Positions 12,262 through 25,367 of a stretch of DNA of 60,275 nucleotides are shown piece by piece. The DNA is taken from positions 79,688,817 through 79,749,091 of the forward strand of contig NC_068986.1 of NCBI RefSeq assembly GCF_001194135.2. The letters are read 5' to 3'. The stretch is from Octopus bimaculoides. Taxonomy: Eukaryota. The number at the start of each line of letters is the position of its first letter. The first letter of the stretch is position 1. Both the position numbers and the translations under genes were made by a program. The notes beneath the pieces were generated by a model. The model was given only the letters and a program-made list of their open reading frames with translations. It searched no databases and was not told where the DNA came from.

Positions 12262-12475
12262 TTTTATTTGTTCCATTCAATAGACTGCAGCCACGCTGGA
12301 GCACAGAGAAATTGTTTGGACGAATGAAGAGATCCCTGTACTAATATACATATTTTTTAACCTAGTACTTGTATTATCGGTTCTTTTGCCGAACAGCTAA
12401 GTTAGGGGGACGTAAACAGACTAACACCAGTTGTCAAGCCGTGGTGGGGGGAAACACAGACACAAAGTCACACAG
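12262..12475 (-). mobile_element. Family A SINE 3' half
   Basis: GGACGTAAACA..CCAGTTGTCAAGC homology. Confidence 0.75.
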
Positions 12476-12658
12476 ACACCACACAGACACGTGGATGTAT
12501 GTATTTATATGTATATGCGTGTGTGTTTGTGTATGTATATGCGTGTGCGTATGTATATGTGTTTGTGTGTGTATGTATATGTGTTTGTGTGTGTGTGTGT
12601 ATGTGCGTTTCGTTTTTGTATTTCGTTTGCAAGATTCTTTACATGAATTCGTGTGTTG

Positions 12659-12909
12659 AAACATATTTTATTTTGTGTCTGAAGAGTCATTCTCCTTTAG
12701 TGCTTTATTACTTTTAACACACTCACCTGTTCGATTTCCACTCATTTACTTTTTTTAATTTTTTCTAAAAGTTTCGTTGCGTCTTGCAGCCTCTTCAATA
12801 GTCAGACTATTGAAGGAGTTGCAAGACGCAACGAAATCGAACCAGTGAGTGTGTTAAGTAATAAAGCACTAAAAGAGAATGACCTCCCCAGACACAATAA
12901 TATATATTT
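12659..12909. repeat. Long palindrome with 1-nt loop (axis 12804); right arm lacks ~37 bp
   Basis: AATAGTC-A-GACTATT centre. Arms align out to TTGTGTCTG/CAGACACAA. The deletion is bounded by GAAA microhomology. Confidence 0.9.
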
Positions 12910-13574
12910 GTGTGTGAGTGTGTATTTGTATATGTGTGTTTGTATGTATATTCACACTGGTGAATGTTTATTCACACGCTTATATGTTTATTCAGTTCCC
13001 TTATATATAAACAACTAGTCAAGCCTTTGCAACGCCATATTTGTGTGCGTGTGAGTGTGCGTGTGTATGTGTGTGTGTGTGTGTGTGTGAGTGTGTGTTT
13101 GTGCGTGCGCGCGGTTGAGTGTGTGTGTGTCTATGTGTGTGTAGATATAAATAACTTAATCACGACACAAATACATATAAAATATAAAGTCACGTGATAA
13201 AATATATACCTAGTTACAAGCGTGGGAGTACGCCGAGGTCATTGTATGAAAGTTAGAGCAAAATGTTAATATGGGGAAATGTAAGCATGTCTTCATATCA
13301 ACGTAGGTGAGTTACCAGGTGCTTGAAAGAAGCGCATATCGTTTCCATATGGGAGCCAACGTCGTTCTGGGTATATGGTTATGCGTCAGAACTTGCGAGT
13401 ACATGTGATATATACATATAAAGACACAGAGTAAGAGATAGATAAACACATGCACGCACACACACGCACAAAAATACACACGCGCGCTTACACACATACA
13501 CATACACACACACACACAGAAAGAGAAGAACATAGAAAAAGTAACTGGTACTTTTAGTCTTATATAATCCTTTC

Positions 13575-13780
13575 TAATATAGGTACAAAGCCTGAAATTT
13601 TATGGGGAGTGGGCTAGATGATTACATCGATCCCAGTTCTCGACTGGTATTTATTTTTATCGACTCCGAAAGGATGAAAGGCAAAGTCGACCTCGGTAGA
13701 ATTTGAACTCAGAACGGAGGAACGAGCGAAATAATGTGAAGCATTTTATCCAGCCTGCTAATGATTCTGCCAGCTCACCC
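13575..13780 (-). mobile_element. Family B SINE
   Basis: CGAAAGGATGAAAGGCAAAGTCGACCTCGG on the plus strand. Confidence 0.85.
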
Positions 13781-14147
13781 CCTCATGCTCTTATAGAATG
13801 TGCACATGTTTCAGAGACCGGCGTAGATTACATGGATCAAAGGTCCCTGCTAGGCAATAAAAGTCATTCTGTTCCTGTGTTCCTTTGTTTTACGATGCGT
13901 GGACTTCGCTTATTGACCTACCTGGAGTTATGAAGCTTGTTGGACAGCTTGAGCAAAGGTGTAGAGTGTGGAATTTAGTTACTGTTCCATCAAATTTTGG
14001 CAACGTATAGCGTTTTCCAGCGCATTTAGAGATCTTTCTCTCCCTTTCTCGCTTTCTCTCTCTCTCTCTCCATACATATATATATATATATATATACATG
14101 TATGTATATATTATTACATATATACAGAGAAAGACAGACAGACAGAC

Positions 14148-14315
<168 letters not shown>

Positions 14316-14353
14316 GCACATATACATGTGTCCATACATGCGAATATACATAC

Positions 14354-14570
14354 GGTGAACTGGCAGAATCGTTAGCACGCCGGGCGAAATGCTTAGCGGT
14401 ATTTCGTTTGCCGTAACGTTTTGAGTTCAAATTCTGCCGTGGTCGACTTCGCCTTTCATCCTTTCGGGGTCGATTAAATAAGTACCGGTTACGCACTGGG
14501 GTCGATGTAATTGACTTAATCCCTTTGTCTGTCCTCTCTGTGCTTAGCCCCCTGTGGGTAATAAAGAAAT
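14354..14570 (+). mobile_element. Family B SINE with target-site duplication
   Basis: Near-consensus copy flanked by ATATACATAC at 14344-14353 and 14571-14580. Confidence 0.9.
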
Positions 14571-15454
14571 ATATACATACATTACATTCATAGATAAATG
14601 TGGAGGTGTGTATTTGCTCATTTGGATGTATAAATGTACGCACTTAAACATGGCTGTATTTATATGTGCATTCTTCAAGTATGTATATGCTGGTGTATTC
14701 CAATGAATCATCCATGTAATTAAGCGCGTTGTTTAAAGAATAGCACCTCTTTTGGGAAGGTTGTTTAAATTTATATTCATAATTACTACTTATTTTCTTT
14801 GGGTTTTTTTATCACTAGCAATGTACATACACATGCATATGTTTAGGTAATATGAGTAAATATAACTCTTACACACACGCTTATACAAACATATACATAC
14901 ACACAGGTGTATTGCATATATACTGAGACAGCCCCAGCTGTCTCGACACAAAACATTGCTTGTGGACACGATTCGATCATGTGATGTTTTTCACGCCCAG
15001 AATCGTTGATTATTTAAGCTTACGTCGATTCATTCGGAAGGAAACGATCACATTATGGACTCTCACACTCTCACAGGTACATATACATCGACTCATTGTT
15101 GTGCATTGACTCTTTTTCGCCTTAACACACTTACTGTGGTAACAGACAGCCCATTTCTGCCTCGTGGGAAAATTGAAGTTACAATTCGTCACTTCGTACT
15201 TCAGTTACGAATTGTTGCAATATTTAGTTCGTTCGTTATATTCTGAGTATAATATTGTTTGTCTTATGTAATAACATGTATAGACACGTGCCAGTCGTGT
15301 AGCCCAATGCTCTAATGACTGTCAATCTACTGCTCTTCAAGTATCAGTAATGATGATTTGTAATTTAGGCATAAAGCCAAACCATCCCTTTCCAAAATAT
15401 TTATAGAACAAAACACAGGCAGCCGTCACACTCAGGTGACGTATAGCTTCGCAA

Positions 15455-15763
15455 CAGGTAATGAATGAAGACTCCCTTCGCTCGTGAATGACCATGGGAT
15501 TGCACCTAGAAAGTTCCCCTCCGAGGCACAAGTCACCCATGCCTCCTCTCCCCATGCCACCAATGTTTTCTAAGGGAAAGGCAAAAGCTGATAGAGCTTA
15601 GCACCGGTGACGTCACAACTCTTTTCTACAGCTGAGTGAACTGGAGCATCGTGAAGTAATGTGTTTTGTTCAAGAACGCAACACACTGAACAGTCCAAGA
15701 ATCGAAATCACTACATCATGATTGCGAGCCCGACGCTCTAACCACTGACCCACGCGCCTTCAC
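15455..15763 (-). mobile_element. tRNA/CORE-like SINE family C with LINE-like 3' tail
   Basis: Minus-strand head GTGAAGGCGCGTGGGTCAGTGGTTAGAGCG..TTCGATTC followed by a CORE-like block and a long tail. Confidence 0.8.
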
Positions 15764-15914
15764 TATATGTAACATGTGTCACGCTTTTTCTAATTGTTTT
15801 AAGTGGCTTTGAAGTTACGAGCAGACACAGACACTCTCTCGCCTCCCAAACACTTGACCCAGTCGATGTAATGAAAAGTAAGAGGGCTACGCAAGTATCC
15901 GATTGACATGACAT

Positions 15915-16121
15915 TCATTACAACTGAGCAGACTGAAGCTATTTAAAATGGAATGCCTTGCTCAAGGACACAATGTGCAACCCAGCTCTCACTGGCTAAA
16001 CGTGCAATCTCATCTTTAACGAGTCTACAAATCCACCAGGTAATCTTTTATCTTTTATTTTTTACTTACTTTAGTCATGATTACAAGCCACACATCTTAA
16101 CCACCACACCACGCGCTTTCA
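15915..16121 (-). mobile_element. Decayed family C SINE interrupted by a short insert
   Basis: CCTTGCTCAAGGACACAA core and ACCACCACACCACGCGCTTTCAC head end. Confidence 0.55.
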
Positions 16122-16139
16122 CGTACACAGGCTAAGCAA

Positions 16140-16335
16140 TCTTTTCTACTAAAGGCACAAAACCTGAAACTTAGGGGGAAAAGACTAGTCAATTACGTCG
16201 ACCCCAGGGTTCCACTGGTACTTAATTTATCAGCCTCGAAAGGATGAAAGGCAAAGTCGACCTCGGCGGAATTTGAACTCAGAATGTAGCGACGGGCGAA
16301 ATACCGCTAAGAATTTTGTCCAACGCTAACGAATC
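16140..16335 (-). mobile_element. Family B SINE
   Basis: AAGGATGAAAGGCAAAGTCGACCTCGGCGGAATTTGAACTCAGAA. Confidence 0.85.
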
Positions 16336-16569
16336 AGACTTACATATGCTAAATAATATGAAATGAGATTCTTCGAGTCGAGAATAGAATAGAATTATTA
16401 CTACCACTATCACCACCACTGCTACCATTATCATCACCACTATGGTAACTAATACAGTCATCACAACGACGGCGATTACAACGATGATAGTAACTTTCAT
16501 ATGAAGCAATATCTCGGTCCATTTTATGAAACCCATTATTACACATATCTATCGTAATTTATTACTAAC

Positions 16570-16638
<69 letters not shown>

Positions 16639-16686
16639 GGTGGTGGTGGTGGTGGTGGTGGTGGCGGCGGTGACTACTACTACTAC

Positions 16687-16718
<32 letters not shown>
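16570..16718 (+). repeat. (GTA)n/(GTG)n/(CTA)n compound trinucleotide microsatellite
   Basis: Read directly. Confidence 0.95.
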
Positions 16719-17072
16719 TGGGAATTATGTTAATAGAGAGCAATTAATTAGAATGAGGCAAATAAATTGAGAAATTTAGTACAGAGGGAAAAAGTACGGC
16801 AAATGGAGCTGACAGGAGGTAAATTAACAGGAATAAATATCCCAGATATAATTTTCAAAGACCATTAAGTCAAAAAAATAGGATCGGCATATCACTCCCA
16901 ACTGACGATTGTTCATCTCTGAAAGAACGGGGAAAATTATCGAAATAAAAATGCCTGGAAATAAGAGCTAGAGAATAACGGTTGGTTTGGGAATAAGAAA
17001 CGCAGAAATGCATAACCAAAACTGCAAGACTTTATACTTATACAACATATAAAAAAAATACAACTAGGCAAT

Positions 17073-17124
<52 letters not shown>

Positions 17125-17582
17125 TATTTAGAGCTCTAACAGTACAATAAAAAGACGAAAGCAAAACACAGCTCATATCCGAGACATATGAGATTGTGGT
17201 CGTTTATGTAGCTGAAGCACGCTAACATAATATAAAATTTATAATTATTTCTAACGTAAAACTTCTGACAATGTCACGCATTTCTGAAGAGGGTGCAGTC
17301 GTCAAATATGCAATATTTGATGAGAAAGAAAGGGGTGCACCAGCATCATGCCCAGCATTAGCATCTGACTGATGCACATTTGCCAATCTCTGAAAGAATG
17401 AAAGGCAAATTTAAGTCTGGTAGGATTTCAACAGATGTCTTTGTTAACCTTAAGCATATATATATCTTTTTATAAGAAAGATATATTTCGTGTATCTTAA
17501 TTTTTCTTTTAAAGGCAACTTAATTCAAGTAGCTGGTTTTAAAATCCCTGAAAGAGGTTCAAGTAGTAACGATCTTAAACAA

Positions 17583-17860
17583 TAATGTTTATTGCCACTT
17601 CTGCGTGGCTGTTTCATGCAGAACTTTGTTACTACATTTTAACCCCAAGAAAACATGTTTTCCAGCTGGTTAACGACACATCACCTATGTCATATATATT
17701 GCAAGTAAAGGCGCGAGTGGAGCGGTTCGCTTCCTTACTCGTAATATATATGACACAGGTTGTGTGTCGTTAACCAGCTGGAAAAGATATTTTCCTGGAG
17801 TTAAAATGCAGTAACAAAGTTCTGCATGGAACAGTCAGGCAGAAGTGGCAACAAACATTA
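17583..17860. repeat. Long imperfect palindrome (~128-bp arms), MITE-like, unclassified
   Basis: TAATGTTTATTGCCACTTCTGC... matches ...GCAGAAGTGGCAACAAACATTA throughout, with a GC-rich central spacer. Confidence 0.9.
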
Positions 17861-17924
17861 CTGCAACTTAATACATTTTCTACTAAACGAATCTTGCCCT
17901 ATGACTTAACGCTGAAAAGCAAAG

Positions 17925-18322
17925 ATAATTATTTCCAATTTAGGCAACAGGCCAGCAAATTTTCTGGTAGAGGTTTCAGCGTAATTCATTGAGCCCCATA
18001 ATTGACTGAAGCTTAATTTTGTTGATACCGGAAGGATGAAAGGCAACGTTGACGTCGGCGGTAGAGTTTGAGCCACAACATCTTTAACGAGTCTACAAAT
18101 CCACCAGGTAATCTTTTACCTCTTATCTTTTACTTGCTTTAGGCATTAGACTGCGGCAATGCTGGGGCACCATCTTTGTGAATTTTGGTCGAATAGCTGG
18201 CCCCAGTATTTACTTTTTAGTAAAGCCTGGTACTTACTCTATCTTTCTCTTGTGCCAAACCACTACGTTACGGGGACGTAAACATACCAACACCGGTTGT
18301 CAAGTGGTGGTAGGGGACAAGC
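17925..18322 (-). mobile_element. Decayed family B SINE abutting a family A 3' half
   Basis: GGAAGGATGAAAGGCAACGTTGACGTCGGCGG at about 18030-18060; family A 3' half at 18119-18322. Confidence 0.7.
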
Positions 18323-19251
18323 GGCGGCGGCCTAAATTGGAAATTATACTCGAGAGAGAAGAACGAAGCTAAAGTGAATGCTCAAAAGAGCTCAAAAGCT
18401 CGGGGGGAGAAGCACAACTTATTTTTGTCTTAAATTCATTAAACAAAACAAGTAAAACAAGGGTTAACACCAAGTGTGACTTTACATCTTCTACAATGAG
18501 ACAACTTATCATATCATTTTTGGCTTCTCATTCCTTTTATAGTACTATTATATCCGCAAATACGATTGATTTGTTGTAATAATGCCCATTGCACTGGACA
18601 CTATGACGATAACAAACTTGATACATGACAACTACCTCTCTGGCCACTTCCAATTGTGACATGCTCGTACCGTACAAGGGGATCAAAGCAAGTCGTGGAA
18701 GTATACTTAAATTAGGTATAAACAATATGATCACTTTTTGACAGATCACAAGAAAGGGGGTAAATAACATAATAGGTTACTTTAATAAAGAACAAGAAAC
18801 TTGAAATTCGAACTAATGAAACTGTAAGGCATGCAAGAGACATGACGGTAGCAATAACAAATTGGAATGGTAGACATGGTAAGGATACAAATAGATGACA
18901 ATAAGAAAGAGTTGGTACGAGAATATAAAAGCCATACAGGACAGCTCTACAAACCAAACACACCAAAGGTTACGCAAAAACATTTTCAATACAAAAGGAC
19001 AGGCCATATTGTAACATCGCTAAGAAATTCATACAAAACATTTTATATCACCGACAACTAAACTTCTCGTACCTAAATGTAACTTTAGGCCTCCAATAGA
19101 TTATCCGAACAAGAAAACTATTTCTGAAACCTAACAAATATCAGTTACCGAACTAGATCATTTGGAAGAAAGACTACAGATGGAAAACACAAACAAAATA
19201 GCGTATAATCACTGAAATAGCGTATAATCACACAACTAAAATAACTAAATA

Positions 19252-19642
19252 GACGCAGGTGTGGCTGTGTGGTAAGAAGCTTCCTTCCCAATCACATGGT
19301 TCCGGGTTCAATCTCACTGCCTGGCACTTTGAGCAAGTGTCTTCTACTATAGCCTCGGACCCACCAAAGCCTTGTGAGTAGATTTAGTCGACGGAAACTT
19401 AAAGAAGCCCGTCCTATATATATGTATATATTTGTGTGCCTGTGCTTTCCCTCCCCACCATCGCTTGACAACCGCTGTTGGTGTGTTTACTTCCCCGTTA
19501 ATTAGCGGTTCGGCAAAAGAGACCGATAGAATAAGTACTAGCCTTACAAAGAATAAGTCCTGGAATTGATTTGTTCTACTAAAGCGGTGCTCCAACATGG
19601 CCGCGCTCAAATGACTGAAAGAAGTATTAAGAGTAAAAAGAG
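19252..19642 (+). mobile_element. Full-length family A SINE
   Basis: Head, core, internal TA/TG tract and 3' hairpin tail all present. Confidence 0.9.
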
Positions 19643-19740
19643 AAAATGCTAAGACACGACCAAGTTAACATCTAAAACATCTACTGATTACTGACTGGCA
19701 AAAATCGAATCAAACTTAAACTTTAAAAAATAGGAATAAA

Positions 19741-20142
19741 ATCTTTTCTACTCTAGGTACATAGCCTGAAATTTGATGGGGAGGGGGCCAGTCGATTAGA
19801 CCGATCCCAGTACGCAACTGGTACTTAATCTATCGATCCCGAAAGGATGAAAAGCAAAGTCGACCGCGGCGGAATTTGAACTCATAACTTAGACAGACGA
19901 AATACCTATTTCGTTACTGCCCACAAGGGGCTAAACATAGAGGGAACAAACAAGAACAGGCGAACGGATTAAGTCGATTACATCGACCCCACTGCGTAAC
20001 TGGTACTTTAATTTATCGACCCCGAAAGGATGAAAAGCAAAGTCGACCGCGGCGGAATTTGAACTCAGAACGTAGCGGCAGACGAAATACCGCTAAGCAT
20101 TTCGCCCGGCGTGCTAACGATTCTGCCAGCTCGCCGCCTTAC
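19741..20142 (-). mobile_element. Family B SINE dimer flanked by 15-bp direct repeat
   Basis: Two tandem units, with AAAAATAGGAATAAA at 19726-19740 and 20143-20157. Confidence 0.9.
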
Positions 20143-20251
20143 AAAAATAGGAATAAATTGAAACATTGGGAAGATTTGAGATTGGGAAATTCTAAAGGAA
20201 GAAATTATTTATGTCACAGAACACACAATTAAGGAGTAATTGAAGATAAGG

Positions 20252-20570
20252 ACAGGCATAGTTGTGCGGTTAAGAAGCTCACTTTGCAACCACGTAGTTT
20301 CAGGTTCAATCCCAGAAAATTTAACAAGTCTATTATTGTATAGTTCCGGGCCAACCAGTTACTTGAGTGTACTTGGTAGACGAAAACTGTGTGGAAAACT
20401 GTGGTATATGTATCCACTTAACAACCGCTTTTGGCTTGTTTATGTCTACGTGACTTAGTGGTTCATTAAAAATGATTTCAAGGATAAGTACACGAGTTAA
20501 TTTGTTTGACTAATCCTTAAAGTCAATGCTCCACCATAGCTGTTGTTCAATGAATGAATCAAGTAAAGGG
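20252..20570 (+). mobile_element. Old family A SINE
   Basis: Diverged head, core and 3' half. Confidence 0.7.
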
Positions 20571-20599
20571 GGGAAGATAAAACGATATCCCTATAGAAC

Positions 20600-21190
20600 G
20601 CCGAAAGTACATCTCAAGGTTAAAGCTACGAGATAAAATAGCTACCAGAACAAAATATAGCAAAAATGGGCATCACATATTTAAAGAGAATAGACTTAAA
20701 GTGAACATTTATGATGCAATTTTAAATGAAATTATACATCCAGTAACTACGATAGTTACAAAGAATAGTAAGTGCATCCATTCTCAGATTTGCTCACACA
20801 GAAATAGCAAAACCTGAACAAACAATATAGAATGCAAATATACAGAAAATTAGAAGATATCTCAATTCTTAATAGAACTAGTAATGAAGCGATCCAGCTG
20901 AGAAAAAAAGAGGAGAATTAAATACTACAAAATTATGACATAGCAGCTAATGTATTCAAAATCAAAGCCCATGTGGAACACTACACTAAATCCTCGCCAA
21001 ATCTCAAATACTTTGCTGGTATATAATACAAACCGTTCAATTTGAACTCCAAACGATCTTATCAAGAGCAACGGATAATAAAATAGAAACCAACAAGTGA
21101 TGTGAAAAATTTTGGGAACTATGTTCGGACGGTCAGAACTCGTATATCTTTTGTCTGCTCAATCGGATCGAACCTTAGGCCGAACAACAA
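20600..21190 (+). mobile_element. Probable decayed RTE-type LINE 3' region
   Basis: NRLKVNIYDAIL-like segment with A-rich coding-like bias; many stops. Confidence 0.3.
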
Positions 21191-21683
21191 CATATATAAT
21201 TTTGGCTGCTTTGCAAATACCAAATTTAGTTGACAATGATGTTATCTATGTTTTAGAAGTAGGGTATTAAATGCCATCCATAATGTTGTAAAACAACTTT
21301 ATATACGTTTAATTGAATCGATCAATAACTTGTGTACTTTCTATAATGCCCCAAGCGAAATCTCCAAAGAACGAACACATGCACAGACATGCACACTCAC
21401 ACATGCATATGTACGTACATACACTGACACGCACGCATGTACTAACACACACGTACATACATAATACATAAATACATACATACATATATACATACAGACA
21501 TACATACATGGACATATATCAGTGAGAGTAGGGATGGAGAGCAAAAACACGAGCTGTACACGTTTCTATGTACCTATGCTCCAGGCTAACTAACTGTCTT
21601 TACCACGATTATTTTGGATTTTACTACTTTATTATTTAGTTCCTACATATTTAATATATATGTATTCATGTATATATATATAT

Positions 21684-21747
<64 letters not shown>

Positions 21748-22602
21748 GTGTGTATGTATATATCTATATATGTATGTTGATATTTTTTATAGAGTATGTC
21801 AAAGAAATTTAACATCGAACAAAGGTGTTAAGTTTGCCGTTAATCACTACCAAATATATTTGCATTAAAAACAAGCCTCTAAAGTGTTTTATAACTGCGA
21901 GGAAAATATTCCTCACTATTATCATTTTTATTATTTCATATCAACGTAGCTTTCGTCTTCATCGGCGGCATTGCTGTTATTGTTGTTGCTGTTGCTACAT
22001 TGTTTTGTATTACGAAACTTTCGCTCGAAATATTGACCCACATTCAGCTTGAAGAATGAAATTATGGTTGCCGCAGGCAGATTTATTCAGTCAGTATTTT
22101 TCAATCTCGAATGATAGACGGGCGATAAACTGCATGTTCATATTAACTCACGTTGAAATATTGAGAACTCAATGACCGGCTATAAGAAAGGCAGTGTAGC
22201 CTGCTTAACAGATTCGAGATGATGCGAGAAAGTTGAATGGTACCAGTATTCACACAGCCGGAAGGCAAAAGCAGAGGTCTATCTGATCTACTAAGCTGAA
22301 GTAATAATTTTGAGAGACAGAGAACGAGTAATTAAAAAGAGAGAGAAAGAGATACATCTACACAGTGTTATAGAGAGAGAAACAAAATGATATGGAGAAA
22401 GAAAAAGCAGTTGCATGAAGGAGAGAAAAAAGATAGAGAGATCTAATTATAAATCTAAGCATAGAGTTTCATGAAAAACCTCTTGCATGAGAGCAACACG
22501 CAAAACTAAATGTTTAGATAGGGAAAGAGTGACTTGGGTATATGACAGAAGAATGGAAACTTATAAATATAGACAGATATACAGAGAATTCAATAGACTG
22601 AT

Positions 22603-22649
<47 letters not shown>

Positions 22650-23704
22650 TAAACAGTATATTTATATATGAATAAATGCATATATAAATTTATGCATAGA
22701 TATATATATATTATATATATATATATATATNNNNNNNNNNNNNNNNNNNNNNNNNNNNNNNNNNNNNNNNNNNNNNNNNNNNNNNNNNNNNNNNNNNNNN
22801 NNNNNNNNNNNNNNNNNNNNNNNNNNNNNNNNNNNNNNNNNNNNNNNNNNNNNNNNNNNNNNNNNNNNNNNNNNNNNNNNNNNNNNNNNNNNNNNNNNNN
22901 NNNNNNNNNNNNNNNNNNNNNNNNNNNNNNNNNNNNNNNNNNNNNNNNNNNNNNNNNNNNNNNNNNNNNNNNNNNNNNNNNNNNNNNNNNNNNNNNNNNN
23001 NNNNNNNNNNNNNNNNNNNNNNNNNNNNNNNNNNNNNNNNNNNNNNNNNNNNNNNNNNNNNNNNNNNNNNNNNNNNNNNACGTGCGAGCTTGGTGATTCC
23101 AAGAACGAAAAGAAATAGCAGCCGCACACACGTGACCAAGGCTGTATGAAGAGAAAGAGTAGCAGAGGGAAAAGGAGGGGAGGAAGTAGAATAAAAGTGA
23201 GCAACGAGAGGTAGAGAGAGAGAGAGAGAGAAGTAGTGACAGGTAGAGGCGAAGAACAGTAGAGGGAAGAATGAGAGGGGGAGATAGAAATAGAGAGAGT
23301 CGCGTTAGAGAAATATATATATATATATATATGAATACACACACAAGCATACAAACACACAAACACACACACACACACAAGCACACACATACAAGCAAAC
23401 ACACACATGCAAGCAAACACACACACACACACATATATATGTACATAAACACAATAATTCGGCTGATTTGTATAACATGCCTTGTTTCAAGCAATCTTTT
23501 AGTCTCAACACACATGGTTGGTTTTATTTGTAAAATAGGACTCTTGTCTACGAGAAAACACAAGAAAACAAAAACGAAAAGAGGGTTGATGCAACGGGTG
23601 GAACGAGAAATCATAAGGTGAATAAAAACGGAAAAAGAAAAGAAAACCGAAACAGGTGTTTCATCTGTCCGTTGAAATCATAATTAATCTAGCTGGAGTC
23701 GAAT

Positions 23705-24195
23705 GATTCAGCTACTCAATCTGGAAACGATGGTGTTTTTCACTTCGACCAATGGAATGTGTCCATGTGCTTGCATTTGCTAAAAGTTTCGGATCTGGAA
23801 TTAAGAAGTGTCGTTGAATTCCATCTAAAAAGAATAAGTGACTTGTCAGCTACACATACCTTGCATCTCTTTTATCTATCTACATACCACGTAGATTTCT
23901 CCACGGTACTCGACTTTTTGTATGAAGTACGCAGTTAGTCTTTAGATCCCATACATAGCTAGCCAATATAGTGGTCTTATTTTCGTTGCTGTATCGAAAA
24001 TGATGCTAGTGGTTTGTATATCGTCGTCTTTTAAAATTGCCTTCGCATAAAAGTACATGATTTTTTTTTTCAATTGCTTATTTTGAACAGTGCTGACTCT
24101 TCGGCTTCATAAACGACTAAGTTTATCATACACGCCTGATCAAATGAGCGAGGATCTGGGTCTCGAAGGTTACAACAGTAGGCTCTGTGACTTAT
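23705..24195 (-). mobile_element. Penelope-like element relic, GIY-YIG endonuclease C-terminus
   Basis: The minus strand translates as CNLR..QAC.INLVVYEA, CEGNFKRR, TILASYVWDLK, RCKVCVADK..LLNSRSETFSKCKH. This matches the PLE GIY-YIG signature with the CCHH/C-terminal motif. Confidence 0.75.
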
Positions 24196-24263
24196 GATAC
24201 ATGTATATATGTAATATGTGTGTATGTGCATATGAATATATGCATATATATATATATAAATAA

Positions 24264-24302
<39 letters not shown>

Positions 24303-24883
24303 NNNNNNNNNNNNNNNNNNNNNNNNNNNNNNNNNNNNNNNNNNNNNNNNNNNNNNNNNNNNNNNNNNNNNNNNNNNNNNNNNNNNNNNNNNNNNNNNNN
24401 NNNNNNNNNNNNNNNNNNNNNNNNNNNNNNNNNNNNNNNNNNNNNNNNNNNNNNNNNNNNNNNNNNNNNNNNNNNNNNNNNNNNNNNNNNNNNNNNNNNN
24501 NNNNNNNNNNNNNNNNNNNNNNNNNNNNNNNNNNNNNNNNNNNNNNNNNNNNNNNNNNNNNNNNNNNNNNNNNNNNNNNNNNNNNNNNNNNNNNNNNNNN
24601 NNNNNNNNNNNNNNNNNNNNNNNNNNNNNNNNNNNNNNNNNNNNNNNNNNNNNNNNNNNNNNNNNNNNNNNNNNNNNNNNNNNNNNNNNNNNNNNNNNNN
24701 NNNNNNNNNNNNNNNNNNNNNNNNNNNNNNNNNNNNNNNNNNNNNNNNNNNNNNNNNNNNNNNNNNNNNNNNNNNNNNNNNNNNNNNNNNNNNNNNNNNN
24801 NNNNNNNNNNNNNNNNNNNNNNNNNNNNNNNNNNNNNNNNNNNNNNNNNNNNNNNNNNNNNNNNNNNNNNNNNNNNNNNNNNN

Positions 24884-24921
<38 letters not shown>

Positions 24922-25334
24922 TGTGTCTGTGTGCATCGTCGGTGTTGTTGTTATTGCAGCCATGATTGTGTTTTCAAAATCCCACATGGTAGAAGGCACA
25001 TTTTAAATATGGGAATAACGCTGCATTAGTAAGTAAAAGGTGTTTCACTTAATTATAATTAGAGAAATAAAGTTTCTGATTTAGTTTGGAGGAGTTGACG
25101 TAAAAGTAGAAGAAAACATTCAAAAAGGAATCTATGTATAATATATATATATATACTTACATGCACAAGCACAAGCATATATATTATTTATCTGTTCTAC
25201 AATTGTGTCACCTCTTCTTTCAGGAAAGACTACTTCTCTATTCTACTTCTTCAGTCGGCCATTTTCCATCGGTCCAGTAGCGCTTGTAAACCTATTTTCC
25301 TACGCTTTTAGTGATAACTTTCTTGCAGATTTTA

Positions 25335-25367
<33 letters not shown>

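Noticed and set aside
13917-14040. Minus-strand exon ending at strong donor CAG/GTAGGT
   Set aside because: There is no polypyrimidine acceptor and no recognisable protein in any frame.
23560-23705. Hammerhead downstream of the PLE GIY-YIG relic
   Set aside because: A GAAAC is present on the minus strand but no recognisable CTGANGA or stems.
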